64,000 bases of DNA, taken from NCBI RefSeq assembly GCF_050920415.1, contig NZ_CP169309.1, one strand, 5' to 3'. Position 1 is the first letter of the stretch, and every line of letters begins with the position of its first letter. Shown here one piece after another: positions 1-11,299 of this stretch. A program made the position numbers and the translations under genes. The stretch comes from Escherichia coli (lineage in GTDB: Bacteria > Pseudomonadota > Gammaproteobacteria > Enterobacterales > Enterobacteriaceae). The notes beneath the pieces were generated by a model. It ran no database searches. It saw only the letters and a program-made list of their open reading frames with translations, and was not told where the DNA came from.

Positions 1-820
1 TCGGGATCAGCGAACGGGCTAAATCTTCCGACAGCCGCTCGGTGGTGATCACCTGCGTGCCGCACGGCATGCTGCGTTTCGCCAGTTCCGGCTCTACTTT
101 ATCGCCCAGATACGCATTCCCGGCGACAATCACATACTTCGCCGTCACCTGACCATTGGCAGTCCGCACCACGGCTGGCGTGGTGTGCTGGATATGCGTC
201 ACGGCGGAAAGCTCATACACGCGCCCGCCGTTCAGGCGAATGGCATCGGCTTCACCAATGGCGAGGTTTAGCGGATGAATATGCCCACCGCTGTGATCCA
301 GCAGCGCACCAGTGTAGCGATCGCTGGCGACCTCGCGGCGAATAGCGTTGGCGTCCAGCAGCTCCAGCTGTTTATTGCCGTAGCGTTCCCAGTTCTCTTT
401 CTGCTCTTCGAGTGTGGCGAGTTGTTTATCATTCATCGCCACAAACAGGCCGCCGGGGCGATAGTCGCAGTCAATCTGATAACGTTTGATACGTTCGCGG
501 ATGATCTCGCCACCCTCGAACATCATGCTGCCGAGCATACGGGCGGTATCCATGCCGTAGCTTTTTTCGATAACGTCGATGTCGCGGCTGTAGGAGTTCA
601 CAAGCTGCCCGCCGTTGCGTCCGCTTGCGCCGAAGCCGATGCGTGAGGCTTCAAGAACCACCACGTCAAAGCCCGCTTCCGCCAGATGCAGCGCGGAGGA
701 AAGCCCGGTATAGCCGCCGCCGACCACGCAAACGTCGCAGGAAATCGACTCATTCAGCGTGTCGAATGGCGCGTATTTATTCGCACTGGCGGCGTAATAA
801 CTGCTGGTATGTTCGGTCAT
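1..820 (-). CDS. puuB: gamma-glutamylputrescine oxidase, N-terminal part (3' end runs off the window)
   Basis: Minus-strand ATG at 818-820 gives MTEHTSSYYAASANKYAPFDTLNES...; sits directly downstream of puuC as in the puu cluster. Confidence 0.85.
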   Translation of the reverse strand, partial: MTEHTSSYYAASANKYAPFDTLNESISCDVCVVGGGYTGLSSALHLAEAGFDVVVLEASRIGFGASGRNGGQLVNSYSRDIDVIEKSYGMDTARMLGSMMFEGGEIIRERIKRYQIDCDYRPGGLFVAMNDKQLATLEEQKENWERYGNKQLELLDANAIRREVASDRYTGALLDHSGGHIHPLNLAIGEADAIRLNGGRVYELSAVTHIQHTTPAVVRTANGQVTAKYVIVAGNAYLGDKVEPELAKRSMPCGTQVITTERLSEDLARSLIP

Positions 821-821
821 T

Positions 822-2309
822 TCAGGCCTCCAGGCTTATCCAGATGGTTTTCAGTTCGGTGAATTTTTCAAGGGCGTGCAGGGATTTGTCGCGACCGTTG
901 CCGCTCTGCTTATAGCCGCCAAACGGCACGGTCATATCACCGTCGTTGTAGTTATTGACGAAGACGGAACCGGCTTTCAGGCGGCGACTCATGCGGTGCG
1001 CGCGGGAGAGGTCGCGTGTCCATACCGCCGCGCCAAGTCCGTACTGGCTGTCGTTGGCAAGCTGTAGCGCCTGTTCTTCTGATGTGAAACGCGTGACCAC
1101 CAGCACCGGACCGAAAATCTCTTCGCGGCTTAAGGACGCATTCGGGTCTACATCTACAAAGATGGTCGGGCCGATGGCGGCAGCCAGCTCGGCGTTACGG
1201 CCATCCAGCAGCAGTTGCCCTTTGCTTTCGCCTTCCCGAATAAAGCTATGGACCGAGTCGGCGTGGGCGCAGTCGATTAAGGTGCCCATGGTGGTTGCGG
1301 GATCAAGTGGATGGCCCGGCTGCCAGTTTTGCGCCTGCTGTTTTAACAGGGCTAAGAACTCATCGGCAATGCTCTCTTCCAGCAACAAACGCGTTCCGGC
1401 GATGCACACCTGGCCCTGGTTATAGAAGATACCTGCAGCGGTGGCACTCGCGGCTTTTTGCAGATCCGGGCAGTCAGCGAAAACGATGTTGGCGCTTTTG
1501 CCGCCCGCTTCCAGCCAGACGCGTTTCATGTTGCTGTCGCCTGCATCTTTCAGCAGCTGTTTCCCGGTACGGGTCGAACCGGTAAAGGCGATGGCATCGA
1601 TATCGTTATGACGCGACAGCGCCTGCCCCGCTTCATGACCAAAACCCGTCACCACGTTCAACACGCCATCCGGCAGACCTGCTTCTTTCGCCAGCCCGGC
1701 GAGACGAATCGCGCTAAGCGGTGATTTTTCCGACGGCTTCAGGACGACACTGTTCCCTGACGCCAGCGCCGGGCCGAGTTTCCAGCAGGTCAGCAGCAGC
1801 GGGAAGTTCCACGGTACAATGGCAGCAATCACGCCCACCGGTTCACGCACGATCATCGCCAGGTCATTGCTACTGGTGGTCGCCACTTCGCCATACACTT
1901 TGTCGATTGCTTCGGCGTACCAGCGAATGGCGCGCGCCGCGCCGGGAATATCATCACGCAGACTGTGACGAATCGGTTTGCCGGTGTCGAGCGTTTCCAG
2001 CAGTGCCAGCTCTTCGGCGTTGGCTTCCATTAAATCGGCGAGTTTATTCAGTACCGCTTTACGTTTTGCCGGAGAAGAGAGTGACCAGTCGCCGCGTTCA
2101 AATACGCCGCGTGCTGCGCTCACCGCACGGTCGATATCGACGCTCTTGCCGCGGGCAATTTTCGCCAGCGGTGCCTGGGTGACCGGATCAACGGTTTCAA
2201 AAGTTTCATTTTCCGCCGCAGCAGTATATTCACCGTTAATAAATAAGCGGGTTTCAATGGCGAGACTTAACGTTTTATCCTGCCAGTAAGCCAGATGATG
2301 AAAATTCAT
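822..2309 (-). CDS. puuC: gamma-glutamyl-gamma-aminobutyraldehyde dehydrogenase (aldehyde dehydrogenase family)
   Basis: ORF 822..2405 trimmed to internal start MNFHHLAYWQDK..., giving 495 aa; aldehyde dehydrogenase sequence throughout. Confidence 0.9.
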   Translation of the reverse strand: MNFHHLAYWQDKTLSLAIETRLFINGEYTAAAENETFETVDPVTQAPLAKIARGKSVDIDRAVSAARGVFERGDWSLSSPAKRKAVLNKLADLMEANAEELALLETLDTGKPIRHSLRDDIPGAARAIRWYAEAIDKVYGEVATTSSNDLAMIVREPVGVIAAIVPWNFPLLLTCWKLGPALASGNSVVLKPSEKSPLSAIRLAGLAKEAGLPDGVLNVVTGFGHEAGQALSRHNDIDAIAFTGSTRTGKQLLKDAGDSNMKRVWLEAGGKSANIVFADCPDLQKAASATAAGIFYNQGQVCIAGTRLLLEESIADEFLALLKQQAQNWQPGHPLDPATTMGTLIDCAHADSVHSFIREGESKGQLLLDGRNAELAAAIGPTIFVDVDPNASLSREEIFGPVLVVTRFTSEEQALQLANDSQYGLGAAVWTRDLSRAHRMSRRLKAGSVFVNNYNDGDMTVPFGGYKQSGNGRDKSLHALEKFTELKTIWISLEA

Positions 2310-2458
2310 TATGACTCCTGTTTCACGTGTATCAGATATATGCAGTTTGTGAACGTCAGGGCGCAGAGATCCCCGGGCCGTATGCCCGTTTATTTCTGGC
2401 GACATTCTTTATGGATTGCCGGGCGCATTGCGCTTACCCGGCTTACAGAACAAAAAGA

Positions 2459-3016
2459 TTAAAACGTGGTGGGCGTATGGGCGCTGATAATTCGGCAAAT
2501 ACCTGCCGACGTATTACTGAAACTGTGCGGGATGCCGGTATTAATGGCATAACTTTGCCCCGCGACGAGGTGGTAATCCTGACCATTAATCGTCAGAACA
2601 ATTTCACCTTCCAGTACAGTGCCTATTTCCTCACCCTGATGCTTAATTCTTTCCCCAGTGGTTGTGCCCGGCTGGTAAGTTTCAAAGATCATCGCCAGCG
2701 TGCGATTCGGGTTACCGTTATGAACCAGCTTCATTGACACACCCTGACTGCCCATCTCAATTAAGTCGTCCTGATTAATGACGACCTGTGGCTCATCAGG
2801 TTTTTCCGGCTCGGAAAAGAATTCCGAGAGTGACAGACCATACACCTTCAGCAGCTTTTGCAGCGTACTGATGGCAGGGCTGACTTTATCTTGTTCTATC
2901 GTACTGATAGCACTGTGAGTCAGCCCGGAGAGTTCGGCGGCACGACGTTGTGAAAGCCCCTGCTGCTGGCGGATTTCCGACAAGCGTTTTCCTGGCGCCA
3001 GTCCCTCATCACTCAT
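2459..3016 (-). CDS. puuR: HTH/cupin transcriptional repressor of putrescine utilisation
   Basis: 185-aa ORF with N-terminal HTH (QQQGLSQRRAAELSGLTHSAISTIEQ) and C-terminal cupin region. Confidence 0.9.
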   Translation of the reverse strand: MSDEGLAPGKRLSEIRQQQGLSQRRAAELSGLTHSAISTIEQDKVSPAISTLQKLLKVYGLSLSEFFSEPEKPDEPQVVINQDDLIEMGSQGVSMKLVHNGNPNRTLAMIFETYQPGTTTGERIKHQGEEIGTVLEGEIVLTINGQDYHLVAGQSYAINTGIPHSFSNTSAGICRIISAHTPTTF

Positions 3017-3042
3017 ATTTGCATTTCCTTAAACTGTAGTGG

Positions 3043-3807
3043 TCAGAGTCGCTGTTTTTCAGCGATATGGTGCTGACAAGCGGTGATAAAGCCCTCGAAC
3101 AATATACGCGAAAGCGCGTACTCGCTACTGTTCCATTCCGGGTGCCACTGTACGCCCAGCGCAAAAGGATGATTGATGACGCTAACCGCCTCAACTAAGC
3201 CATCCGGCGAGCGAGCTTCAACACGCAACCGTGGGCTAACGACCTTCGCCCCTTGTCCATGCAGAGAGTTTACCCAAAAGTTGCTACATTCAGGTAACAG
3301 TGCAGACAGCAATCCCCCCTCTTCAACCTGAACTTCATGCGACGGTGCATATTGCTGTTCCACCGGCAGTTCGGGATCTTCCCGATGTTCCAGCAATTCA
3401 GGCTGTTCGCACAGCTTGCGATGCAACGAACCACCGGTTGCCACCACCAGTTCCTGTAAACCCCGGCAGATGGCGAAAATGGGGATGCGCCTTTCGAGTG
3501 CGGCATTAATTAACGCCATGCTCAGAAGATCACGCCCGGGATCGGCGTCAGGCTCATCGCCGTTTTCACCATATAGGTGCGGCTGCACATTGCTGGGACT
3601 ACCAGGAAGATAAATACCATCGAGTTTCGGCAAAAGTTGTTCAAGTAATGACGGTTCCGCCAGCGCATGTGGCAGCGCAATTGGCAAGCCGCCTGCGTGG
3701 ATGATGGCATTCAGGTACTTTTCTTGCAGAGTCTGGGTCGCATGACCCTTAAGCCTGTTCCTGCACATTACGACACCGATAACCGGATTGTTCATTATAT
3801 TTTCCAT
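3043..3807 (-). CDS. puuD: gamma-glutamyl-GABA hydrolase
   Basis: ORF trimmed to MENIMNNPVIGVV..., 254 aa; glutamine amidotransferase-like. Confidence 0.88.
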   Translation of the reverse strand: MENIMNNPVIGVVMCRNRLKGHATQTLQEKYLNAIIHAGGLPIALPHALAEPSLLEQLLPKLDGIYLPGSPSNVQPHLYGENGDEPDADPGRDLLSMALINAALERRIPIFAICRGLQELVVATGGSLHRKLCEQPELLEHREDPELPVEQQYAPSHEVQVEEGGLLSALLPECSNFWVNSLHGQGAKVVSPRLRVEARSPDGLVEAVSVINHPFALGVQWHPEWNSSEYALSRILFEGFITACQHHIAEKQRL

Positions 3808-4018
3808 GCTCAATCTCACAAAGTGGACTAAATTATCGCCATTACTGCGCTTTAAATGACCTTTATGTTCAATATTTTTTCAATTTAGCAGCGGGTTTTC
3901 ATTTTTGCAAACTCAATTTAACATTTGACAAACATTTAGTTTGCATACAGATTCGAATGGTGGTCATTATATTTTACGCTTTGATAACGAGCGGAAAACA
4001 AACCAAAGGCGAAGAATC
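3808..4018. promoter_or_regulatory. divergent puuD / puuA promoter-operator region
   Basis: AT-rich 211 bp intergenic between divergently oriented puuD and puuA; individual sites not resolved. Confidence 0.5.
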
Positions 4019-5437
4019 ATGGAAACCAATATCGTTGAAGTAGAGAACTTTGTTCAGCAGTCAGAAGAGAGGCGGGGTAGCGCCTTTACGCAGGAAGTGA
4101 AACGCTACCTGGAGCGCTACCCGAATACGCAATATGTTGATGTTTTACTTACCGATCTGAATGGTTGTTTTCGTGGGAAACGTATTCCTGTTTCAAGCCT
4201 GAAGAAGCTCGAGAAAGGGTGTTATTTCCCGGCCTCGGTGTTTGCAATGGATATTCTGGGCAACGTAGTAGAAGAAGCGGGCCTGGGTCAGGAAATGGGC
4301 GAGCCGGATCGTACCTGTGTTCCTGTTCTCGGTTCCTTAACCCCATCTGCTGCAGATCCTGAGTTTATCGGTCAGATGCTCCTGACCATGGTCGATGAAG
4401 ATGGCGCTCCCTTTGACGTTGAGCCGCGGAACGTTCTTAACCGCCTGTGGCAGCAGCTACGCCAGCGCGGATTGTTCCCGGTTGTAGCGGTAGAGCTGGA
4501 GTTCTATTTACTGGATCGCCAGCGCGACGCTGAAGGGTATCTGCAACCGCCCTGCGCGCCCGGCACCGATGACCGCAATACACAAAGTCAGGTTTACTCC
4601 GTTGATAACCTCAACCACTTCGCCGACGTGCTCAATGATATTGATGAGCTGGCGCAGTTACAGCTGATTCCGGCAGATGGCGCGGTCGCCGAGGCCTCGC
4701 CAGGTCAGTTTGAAATCAATCTTTACCATACCGATAACGTGCTGGAAGCTTGCGATGATGCGCTGGCACTAAAACGCCTGGTGCGTCTGATGGCAGAAAA
4801 GCATAAGATGCACGCCACTTTTATGGCGAAGCCGTATGAAGAGCACGCGGGCAGCGGGATGCATATCCATATCAGTATGCAAAATAATCGTGGCGAGAAC
4901 GTGCTTTCTGACGCGGAAGGCGAAGATTCGCCGCTGCTGAAAAAGATGCTCGCCGGGATGATTGACCTGATGCCGTCATCAATGGCGTTGCTGGCACCAA
5001 ACGTGAACTCGTATCGCCGCTTCCAGCCGGGGATGTATGTACCGACGCAGGCGTCGTGGGGCCATAACAACCGCACCGTCGCCCTGCGTATTCCCTGCGG
5101 CGATCGCCATAATCACCGCGTGGAATATCGCGTGGCGGGTGCCGATGCCAACCCGTATTTGGTGATGGCAGCGATTTTTGCCGGTATTTTGCACGGTCTT
5201 GATAACGCGCTGCCGTTGCAGGAAGAAGTCGAAGGCAACGGGCTGGAGCAGGAAGGCTTACCCTTCCCGATTCGCCAAAGCGATGCCCTGAGTGAGTTTA
5301 TCGAGAACGATCATCTACGCCGCTATTTAGGTGATCGCTTCTGCCATGTCTATCACGCCTGTAAAAATGATGAGCTGTTGCAGTTTGAGCGCCTCATCAC
5401 AGAAACAGAAATTGAGTGGATGCTCAAAAACGCGTAA
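4019..5437 (+). CDS. puuA: glutamate-putrescine ligase (glutamine synthetase family)
   Basis: ORF 3941..5437 trimmed to METNIVEVENF..., 472 aa. Confidence 0.9.
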   Translation: METNIVEVENFVQQSEERRGSAFTQEVKRYLERYPNTQYVDVLLTDLNGCFRGKRIPVSSLKKLEKGCYFPASVFAMDILGNVVEEAGLGQEMGEPDRTCVPVLGSLTPSAADPEFIGQMLLTMVDEDGAPFDVEPRNVLNRLWQQLRQRGLFPVVAVELEFYLLDRQRDAEGYLQPPCAPGTDDRNTQSQVYSVDNLNHFADVLNDIDELAQLQLIPADGAVAEASPGQFEINLYHTDNVLEACDDALALKRLVRLMAEKHKMHATFMAKPYEEHAGSGMHIHISMQNNRGENVLSDAEGEDSPLLKKMLAGMIDLMPSSMALLAPNVNSYRRFQPGMYVPTQASWGHNNRTVALRIPCGDRHNHRVEYRVAGADANPYLVMAAIFAGILHGLDNALPLQEEVEGNGLEQEGLPFPIRQSDALSEFIENDHLRRYLGDRFCHVYHACKNDELLQFERLITETEIEWMLKNA

Positions 5438-5739
5438 TACCCCTTACGGGGTTGTTTCATCGGCCTGAGCGGAGCCAGGCCTGACATTTGCTGGTAATCC
5501 AGACATTTCCCGGATGTCGCGTTATGGAGCGCAGGCGGCAACGGGCTTCCGTTAACGATTAAGACTGTGACGAGGAAATGAGATGATGCCGATGATTAAA
5601 TCCCCGCATGGCGAGGGAGGCTGCGTATGCGCCCCTCCTGCGACTGACTGGACTCCGCCCCCTTTGCTTCCCTTGCTAAACAGGTTTGATTTCAGGTCGA
5701 TACGACCGCAAACCTTATTACGCAGGGGAGGCAGCAATT

Positions 5740-7125
5740 ATGGCTATTAATTCACCACTGAATATTGCTGCGCAACCCGGCAAAACCCGTCTGCGAAAAT
5801 CACTGAAATTGTGGCAGGTGGTGATGATGGGTCTGGCCTATCTCACGCCGATGACTGTGTTCGATACCTTTGGCATTGTTTCCGGCATTAGCGACGGTCA
5901 CGTTCCGGCGTCCTATTTGCTGGCGCTGGCGGGTGTGCTGTTTACCGCGATCAGCTACGGCAAACTGGTTCGCCAGTTTCCGGAGGCCGGTTCGGCCTAT
6001 ACCTACGCGCAAAAGTCGATTAACCCGCACGTCGGATTTATGGTCGGCTGGTCATCGCTGCTGGATTATCTCTTTTTGCCGATGATCAACGTTTTGTTGG
6101 CGAAAATCTATCTCTCCGCCCTCTTCCCGGAAGTGCCGCCGTGGGTGTGGGTGGTAACCTTCGTCGCCATTTTAACCGCCGCGAATCTGAAGAGTGTCAA
6201 CCTGGTCGCTAACTTCAATACCCTGTTTGTGCTGGTGCAGATTTCCATCATGTTGGTGTTTATCTTCCTGGTGGTTCAGGGGCTGCATAAAGGAGAAGGC
6301 GTTGGCACCGTCTGGTCACTTCAGCCGTTTATCAGCGAGAACGCGCACCTGATCCCGATTATTACCGGGGCGACGATTGTCTGTTTCTCGTTCCTCGGTT
6401 TCGATGCGGTGACCACGCTTTCGGAAGAGACGCCGGACGCCGCACGCGTGATCCCGAAAGCCATCTTCCTGACGGCGGTATACGGCGGCGTTATCTTTAT
6501 CGCGGCGTCGTTCTTTATGCAGCTGTTCTTCCCGGATATCAGCCGCTTTAAAGATCCGGACGCCGCACTGCCGGAAATCGCACTGTACGTTGGCGGCAAG
6601 TTGTTCCAGTCGATTTTCCTCTGCACGACGTTTGTGAACACGTTAGCGTCTGGCCTGGCGTCACATGCCAGCGTGTCGCGTCTGCTGTATGTGATGGGGC
6701 GCGACAATGTGTTTCCGGAACGCGTGTTTGGCTATGTGCATCCGAAATGGCGGACTCCGGCACTGAATGTCATTATGGTCGGGATTGTCGCGTTGTCAGC
6801 GCTGTTCTTTGATTTAGTCACCGCGACAGCATTGATTAACTTCGGTGCTCTGGTGGCGTTTACCTTTGTGAATCTGTCGGTGTTTAATCATTTCTGGCGG
6901 CGTAAAGGAATGAATAAAAGCTGGAAGGAGCACTTCCACTATTTGCTGATGCCGCTGGTTGGCGCGCTGACGGTGGGTGTGCTGTGGGTTAACCTCGAGT
7001 CAACGTCACTGACACTCGGTCTGGTATGGGCTTCATTAGGCGGCGCATATTTGTGGTATCTGATCCGCCGCTATCGCAAAGTGCCGTTGTATGATGGTGA
7101 CAGAACGCCGGTGAGCGAAACGTAA
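5740..7125 (+). CDS. puuP: putrescine importer (APC-family permease)
   Basis: ORF trimmed to [14 protein letters not shown]..., 461 aa; polytopic membrane protein. Confidence 0.9.
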   Translation: MAINSPLNIAAQPGKTRLRKSLKLWQVVMMGLAYLTPMTVFDTFGIVSGISDGHVPASYLLALAGVLFTAISYGKLVRQFPEAGSAYTYAQKSINPHVGFMVGWSSLLDYLFLPMINVLLAKIYLSALFPEVPPWVWVVTFVAILTAANLKSVNLVANFNTLFVLVQISIMLVFIFLVVQGLHKGEGVGTVWSLQPFISENAHLIPIITGATIVCFSFLGFDAVTTLSEETPDAARVIPKAIFLTAVYGGVIFIAASFFMQLFFPDISRFKDPDAALPEIALYVGGKLFQSIFLCTTFVNTLASGLASHASVSRLLYVMGRDNVFPERVFGYVHPKWRTPALNVIMVGIVALSALFFDLVTATALINFGALVAFTFVNLSVFNHFWRRKGMNKSWKEHFHYLLMPLVGALTVGVLWVNLESTSLTLGLVWASLGGAYLWYLIRRYRKVPLYDGDRTPVSET

Positions 7126-7133
7126 TAGTCGGA

Positions 7134-7173
7134 TGCGCGGCGCATTATCCTGCCTGAGGGTAATGCGCCGCGC
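7134..7173 (+). terminator. GC-rich hairpin just downstream of puuP
   Basis: Inverted repeat gcgcggcgcatta...taatgcgccgcgc 9 nt after the puuP stop; no strong T-tract. Confidence 0.4.
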
Positions 7174-7258
7174 CATTAACTATAAAAAGATGTATGACCC
7201 GGATCACGAGTGCTATCATCCGCCCTTATGCTTAGCGCATTAACCCCAGGGGCAAATA

Positions 7259-7504
7259 ATGAACCACGATATCCCGCTAAAATATTTTGATATTGCCGAT
7301 GAGTACGCGACCGAATGCGCAGAGCCTGTCGCAGACGCTGAACGCACACCGCTGGCCCACTACTTCCAGTTACTGCTCACCCGTTTGATGAACAATGAAG
7401 AGATCAGCGAAGAAGCCCAACATGAAATGGCTGCTGAAGCGGGGATTAATCCCGTACGCATTGATGAGATCGCAGAGTTTTTGAATCAATGGGGTAATGA
7501 GTAA
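7259..7504 (+). CDS. ymjA: small uncharacterised protein YmjA (81 aa)
   Basis: 81-aa [22 protein letters not shown]... in the expected position between puuP and sapA. Confidence 0.8.
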   Translation: MNHDIPLKYFDIADEYATECAEPVADAERTPLAHYFQLLLTRLMNNEEISEEAQHEMAAEAGINPVRIDEIAEFLNQWGNE

Positions 7505-7537
7505 TTATTTCATTGCAGACGCTCGGTCAGTATCGTT

Positions 7538-7568
7538 GCCCGGATAAAGCGTTCACGCCGCATCCGGC
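7538..7568. repeat. REP (repetitive extragenic palindrome) element
   Basis: gcccggataaagcgttcacgccgcatccggc matches the REP consensus family (ccggataa...gcatccgg). Confidence 0.55.
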
Positions 7569-7816
7569 TAAAAATGACACGCACTGCAGCGTGCTTTAAT
7601 GGGTTTCTCACGATCGTACCGCTCTGCTCCTCGCTAAGTTGTTCTGTGAGTTATAGTTATAGAGAAATCACGGGTACGAATGTTGAACAGATGGCGACGT
7701 CACCTGTTCAACGACCAACCACACGGCCCTCATTACGACCCCTGAACACAAACGGTAATGGCAAATGTCATTAAATATTAGTAAGATAGCCTCTTTACAT
7801 AAAATCCCTTAATATT

Positions 7817-9460
7817 ATGCGCCAGGTATTATCGTCTCTTTTGGTGATTGCTGGACTTGTGAGTGGTCAGGCAATCGCCGCGCCTGAATCCCCCCCGCAT
7901 GCTGATATCCGCGACAGCGGTTTTGTCTATTGCGTCAGCGGGCAAGTCAACACCTTTAACCCATCCAAAGCGAGCAGTGGGTTAATTGTCGATACCCTTG
8001 CCGCCCAGTTTTATGATCGACTCCTGGATGTCGATCCCTATACCTATCGCCTGATGCCGGAACTTGCCGAAAGCTGGGAAGTGCTCGACAACGGCGCGAC
8101 CTATCGCTTCCACCTGCGTCGCGATGTTCCGTTTCAAAAAACCGACTGGTTTACTCCCACTCGTAAAATGAATGCCGACGATGTGGTGTTTACCTTCCAG
8201 CGAATTTTTGACCGCAACAACCCGTGGCATAACGTCAACGGCAGCAACTTCCCCTACTTCGACAGCCTGCAATTTGCCGATAACGTGAAAAGCGTCCGCA
8301 AACTGGATAATCATACCGTTGAGTTCCGACTCGCCCAGCCGGATGCTTCTTTTTTGTGGCACCTGGCGACCCATTATGCATCGGTCATGTCGGCAGAATA
8401 TGCCGGGAAGTTAGAGAAAGAAGATCGCCAGGAGCAACTCGACCGTCAACCGGTTGGCACTGGACCGTATCAGTTGTCGGAATACCGCGCCGGGCAATTT
8501 ATTCGCCTACAACGTCATGATGACTTCTGGCGCGGCAAACCGTTAATGCCGCAGGTGGTGGTGGATTTAGGCTCCGGCGGTACCGGACGTCTGTCGAAAC
8601 TCCTGACCGGGGAGTGCGACGTTCTGGCCTGGCCTGCTGCCAGCCAGCTATCTATTTTGCGTGACGACCCACGCTTGCGTTTAACGCTGCGTCCAGGGAT
8701 GAATGTCGCCTATCTGGCATTTAACACCGCTAAACCGCCGCTAAATAATCCCGCCGTGCGCCATGCGCTGGCTCTGGCGATCAATAACCAACGCCTGATG
8801 CAATCCATCTATTATGGTACGGCTGAAACGGCGGCCTCTATTTTACCGCGCGCCTCGTGGGCCTATGACAACGAGGCTAAAATTACTGAATACAATCCGG
8901 CGAAATCGCGCGAACAGTTGAAGGCGTTAGGGCTGGAAAACTTAACTCTGAAACTTTGGGTGCCCACACGTTCGCAGGCGTGGAACCCCAGCCCACTGAA
9001 AACCGCCGAACTAATTCAGGCGGATATGGCGCAGGTTGGCGTAAAAGTGGTGATTGTGCCGGTAGAAGGTCGTTTTCAGGAGGCGCGGTTGATGGATATG
9101 AGCCATGATCTGACGTTATCCGGTTGGGCGACAGACAGTAACGATCCGGACAGTTTCTTTCGTCCGCTACTGAGCTGCGCAGCAATACATTCCCAGACCA
9201 ACCTCGCCCACTGGTGCGATCCGAAATTCGACAGCGTGTTGCGTAAGGCGCTCTCCTCGCAGCAGCTAGCGGCGCGTATTGAAGCCTATGACGAAGCGCA
9301 AAGTATTCTGGCGCAGGAATTGCCCATTTTGCCGCTGGCGTCGTCATTGCGCTTGCAAGCCTACCGTTACGATATCAAAGGGCTGGTTCTTAGCCCGTTT
9401 GGTAACGCCTCCTTTGCTGGTGTGTATCGCGAGAAACAGGATGAGGTGAAAAAACCATGA
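7817..9460 (+). CDS. sapA: periplasmic substrate-binding protein of the Sap ABC transporter
   Basis: 547-aa ORF with signal peptide, family-5 SBP-like; first gene of a 5-gene ABC operon. Confidence 0.92.
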   Translation: MRQVLSSLLVIAGLVSGQAIAAPESPPHADIRDSGFVYCVSGQVNTFNPSKASSGLIVDTLAAQFYDRLLDVDPYTYRLMPELAESWEVLDNGATYRFHLRRDVPFQKTDWFTPTRKMNADDVVFTFQRIFDRNNPWHNVNGSNFPYFDSLQFADNVKSVRKLDNHTVEFRLAQPDASFLWHLATHYASVMSAEYAGKLEKEDRQEQLDRQPVGTGPYQLSEYRAGQFIRLQRHDDFWRGKPLMPQVVVDLGSGGTGRLSKLLTGECDVLAWPAASQLSILRDDPRLRLTLRPGMNVAYLAFNTAKPPLNNPAVRHALALAINNQRLMQSIYYGTAETAASILPRASWAYDNEAKITEYNPAKSREQLKALGLENLTLKLWVPTRSQAWNPSPLKTAELIQADMAQVGVKVVIVPVEGRFQEARLMDMSHDLTLSGWATDSNDPDSFFRPLLSCAAIHSQTNLAHWCDPKFDSVLRKALSSQQLAARIEAYDEAQSILAQELPILPLASSLRLQAYRYDIKGLVLSPFGNASFAGVYREKQDEVKKP

Positions 9461-10422
9461 TTATCTTCACCTTACGCCGCATTTTGTTATTGATTGTCAC
9501 CTTGTTCCTGCTGACGTTCGTTGGCTTTAGCTTGAGCTATTTCACCCCACATGCGCCGTTACAAGGCGCGTCACTGTGGAATGCCTGGGTGTTCTGGTTT
9601 AACGGCCTGATCCACTGGGATTTTGGTGTTTCCAGCATTAACGGTCAACCGATTGCCGAACAGTTAAAAGAGGTCTTCCCGGCGACGATGGAACTGTGCA
9701 TCCTCGCCTTCGGTTTTGCGCTGATTGCTGGCATCCCCGTAGGAATGATTGCCGGGATTACGCGCCATAAGTGGCAGGATAACTTGATCAACGCCATCGC
9801 CTTACTGGGCTTTTCAATCCCGGTGTTCTGGCTGGCGCTTCTGTTGACGCTGTTTTGTTCACTCACGCTAGGTTGGTTGCCCGTTTCAGGGCGTTTCGAT
9901 CTGCTCTACGAAGTGAAACCGATTACCGGTTTTGCGTTGATTGATGCCTGGCTTTCGGACTCACCGTGGCGGGATGAAATGATCATTAGCGCAATCCGTC
10001 ATATGGTATTGCCCGTGATCACCCTGTCGGTTGCGCCAACAACTGAAGTGATCCGACTAATGCGTATCAGCACTATCGAAGTGTATGACCAGAATTATGT
10101 AAAAGCGGCGGCGACCCGCGGTTTGTCACGCTTTACTATTTTGCGTCGCCACGTTCTGCATAACGCGTTACCTCCGGTTATTCCTCGCCTGGGCTTACAG
10201 TTTTCCACCATGCTGACGCTGGCAATGATCACCGAAATGGTCTTTAGCTGGCCGGGTTTAGGGCGCTGGTTAATTAACGCCATCCGCCAGCAAGATTACG
10301 CGGCCATTTCCGCCGGAGTGATGGTGTGTGGCTCACTGGTCATTATTGTTAACGTGATTTCTGATATTTTGGGTGCCATGGCTAACCCTCTGAAACATAA
10401 GGAATGGTATGCCTTACGATAG
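9457..10422 (+). CDS. sapB: Sap ABC transporter permease
   Basis: 321-aa membrane protein; start overlaps the sapA stop by 4 nt. Confidence 0.92.
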   Translation: MIIFTLRRILLLIVTLFLLTFVGFSLSYFTPHAPLQGASLWNAWVFWFNGLIHWDFGVSSINGQPIAEQLKEVFPATMELCILAFGFALIAGIPVGMIAGITRHKWQDNLINAIALLGFSIPVFWLALLLTLFCSLTLGWLPVSGRFDLLYEVKPITGFALIDAWLSDSPWRDEMIISAIRHMVLPVITLSVAPTTEVIRLMRISTIEVYDQNYVKAAATRGLSRFTILRRHVLHNALPPVIPRLGLQFSTMLTLAMITEMVFSWPGLGRWLINAIRQQDYAAISAGVMVCGSLVIIVNVISDILGAMANPLKHKEWYALR

Positions 10423-11299
10423 CGTATACAGCGAAAAGCGCCCGCCGGGCACGCTGCGTACCGCCTGGCGCAAATTTTATAGTGATGCCTCTGCGATGGT
10501 CGGTCTGTACGGCTGCGCGGGACTGGCTGTACTGTGTATTTTTGGCGGCTGGTTTGCGCCTTACGGCATCGATCAGCAATTTCTCGGCTATCAATTATTG
10601 CCGCCTTCATGGTCACGCTATGGCGAAGTTTCTTTCTTCCTGGGGACTGACGACCTCGGACGCGATGTTTTAAGTCGTTTACTGAGTGGAGCTGCACCAA
10701 CCGTGGGGGGGGCATTTGTGGTGACGCTTGCAGCGACAATCTGTGGCCTGGTACTTGGCACCTTTGCCGGGTCGACGCACGGTCTACGCTCAGCAGTACT
10801 AAACCATATTCTGGATACCTTACTGGCGATCCCTTCTCTGCTGCTGGCAATTATCGTTGTAGCGTTTGCCGGACCGAGTTTGTCGCACGCCATGTTTGCC
10901 GTCTGGCTGGCGCTGCTGCCTCGTATGGTACGTTCGATTTACAGCATGGTGCATGACGAACTGGAAAAAGAGTACGTTATCGCCGCCCGTCTGGATGGCG
11001 CATCAACGCTGAATATTCTCTGGTTTGCTGTGATGCCAAACATCACCGCCGGGCTGGTCACCGAGATCACCCGCGCACTTTCGATGGCAATTCTCGATAT
11101 CGCCGCGCTGGGCTTTCTCGATCTCGGCGCACAACTCCCCTCGCCTGAATGGGGAGCGATGCTCGGTGATGCGCTGGAACTGATTTATGTCGCCCCGTGG
11201 ACTGTCATGCTGCCAGGTGCGGCAATTATGATTAGCGTGCTGTTGGTTAACCTCCTTGGCGACGGTGTTCGTCGTGCAATTATTGCGGGGGTGGAATAA
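10409..11299 (+). CDS. sapC: Sap ABC transporter permease
   Basis: 296-aa membrane protein; overlaps sapB. Confidence 0.92.

Noticed and set aside
5583-5747. 54-codon ORF (MMPMIKSPHGEGGCVCAPPATDW...) in the puuA-puuP intergenic region with a plausible SD.
   Set aside because: Its 3' end overlaps the puuP start out of frame, its composition looks like random GC-rich intergenic sequence, and I have no conservation evidence.
7651-7665. Exact 15-mer ttatagttatagaga upstream of sapA, repeated at 21546-21560 upstream of osmB.
   Set aside because: A single shared 15-mer in 64 kb is about what chance predicts (a few such pairs expected when both strands are counted); the flanks do not match, so I do not treat it as a shared regulatory site.
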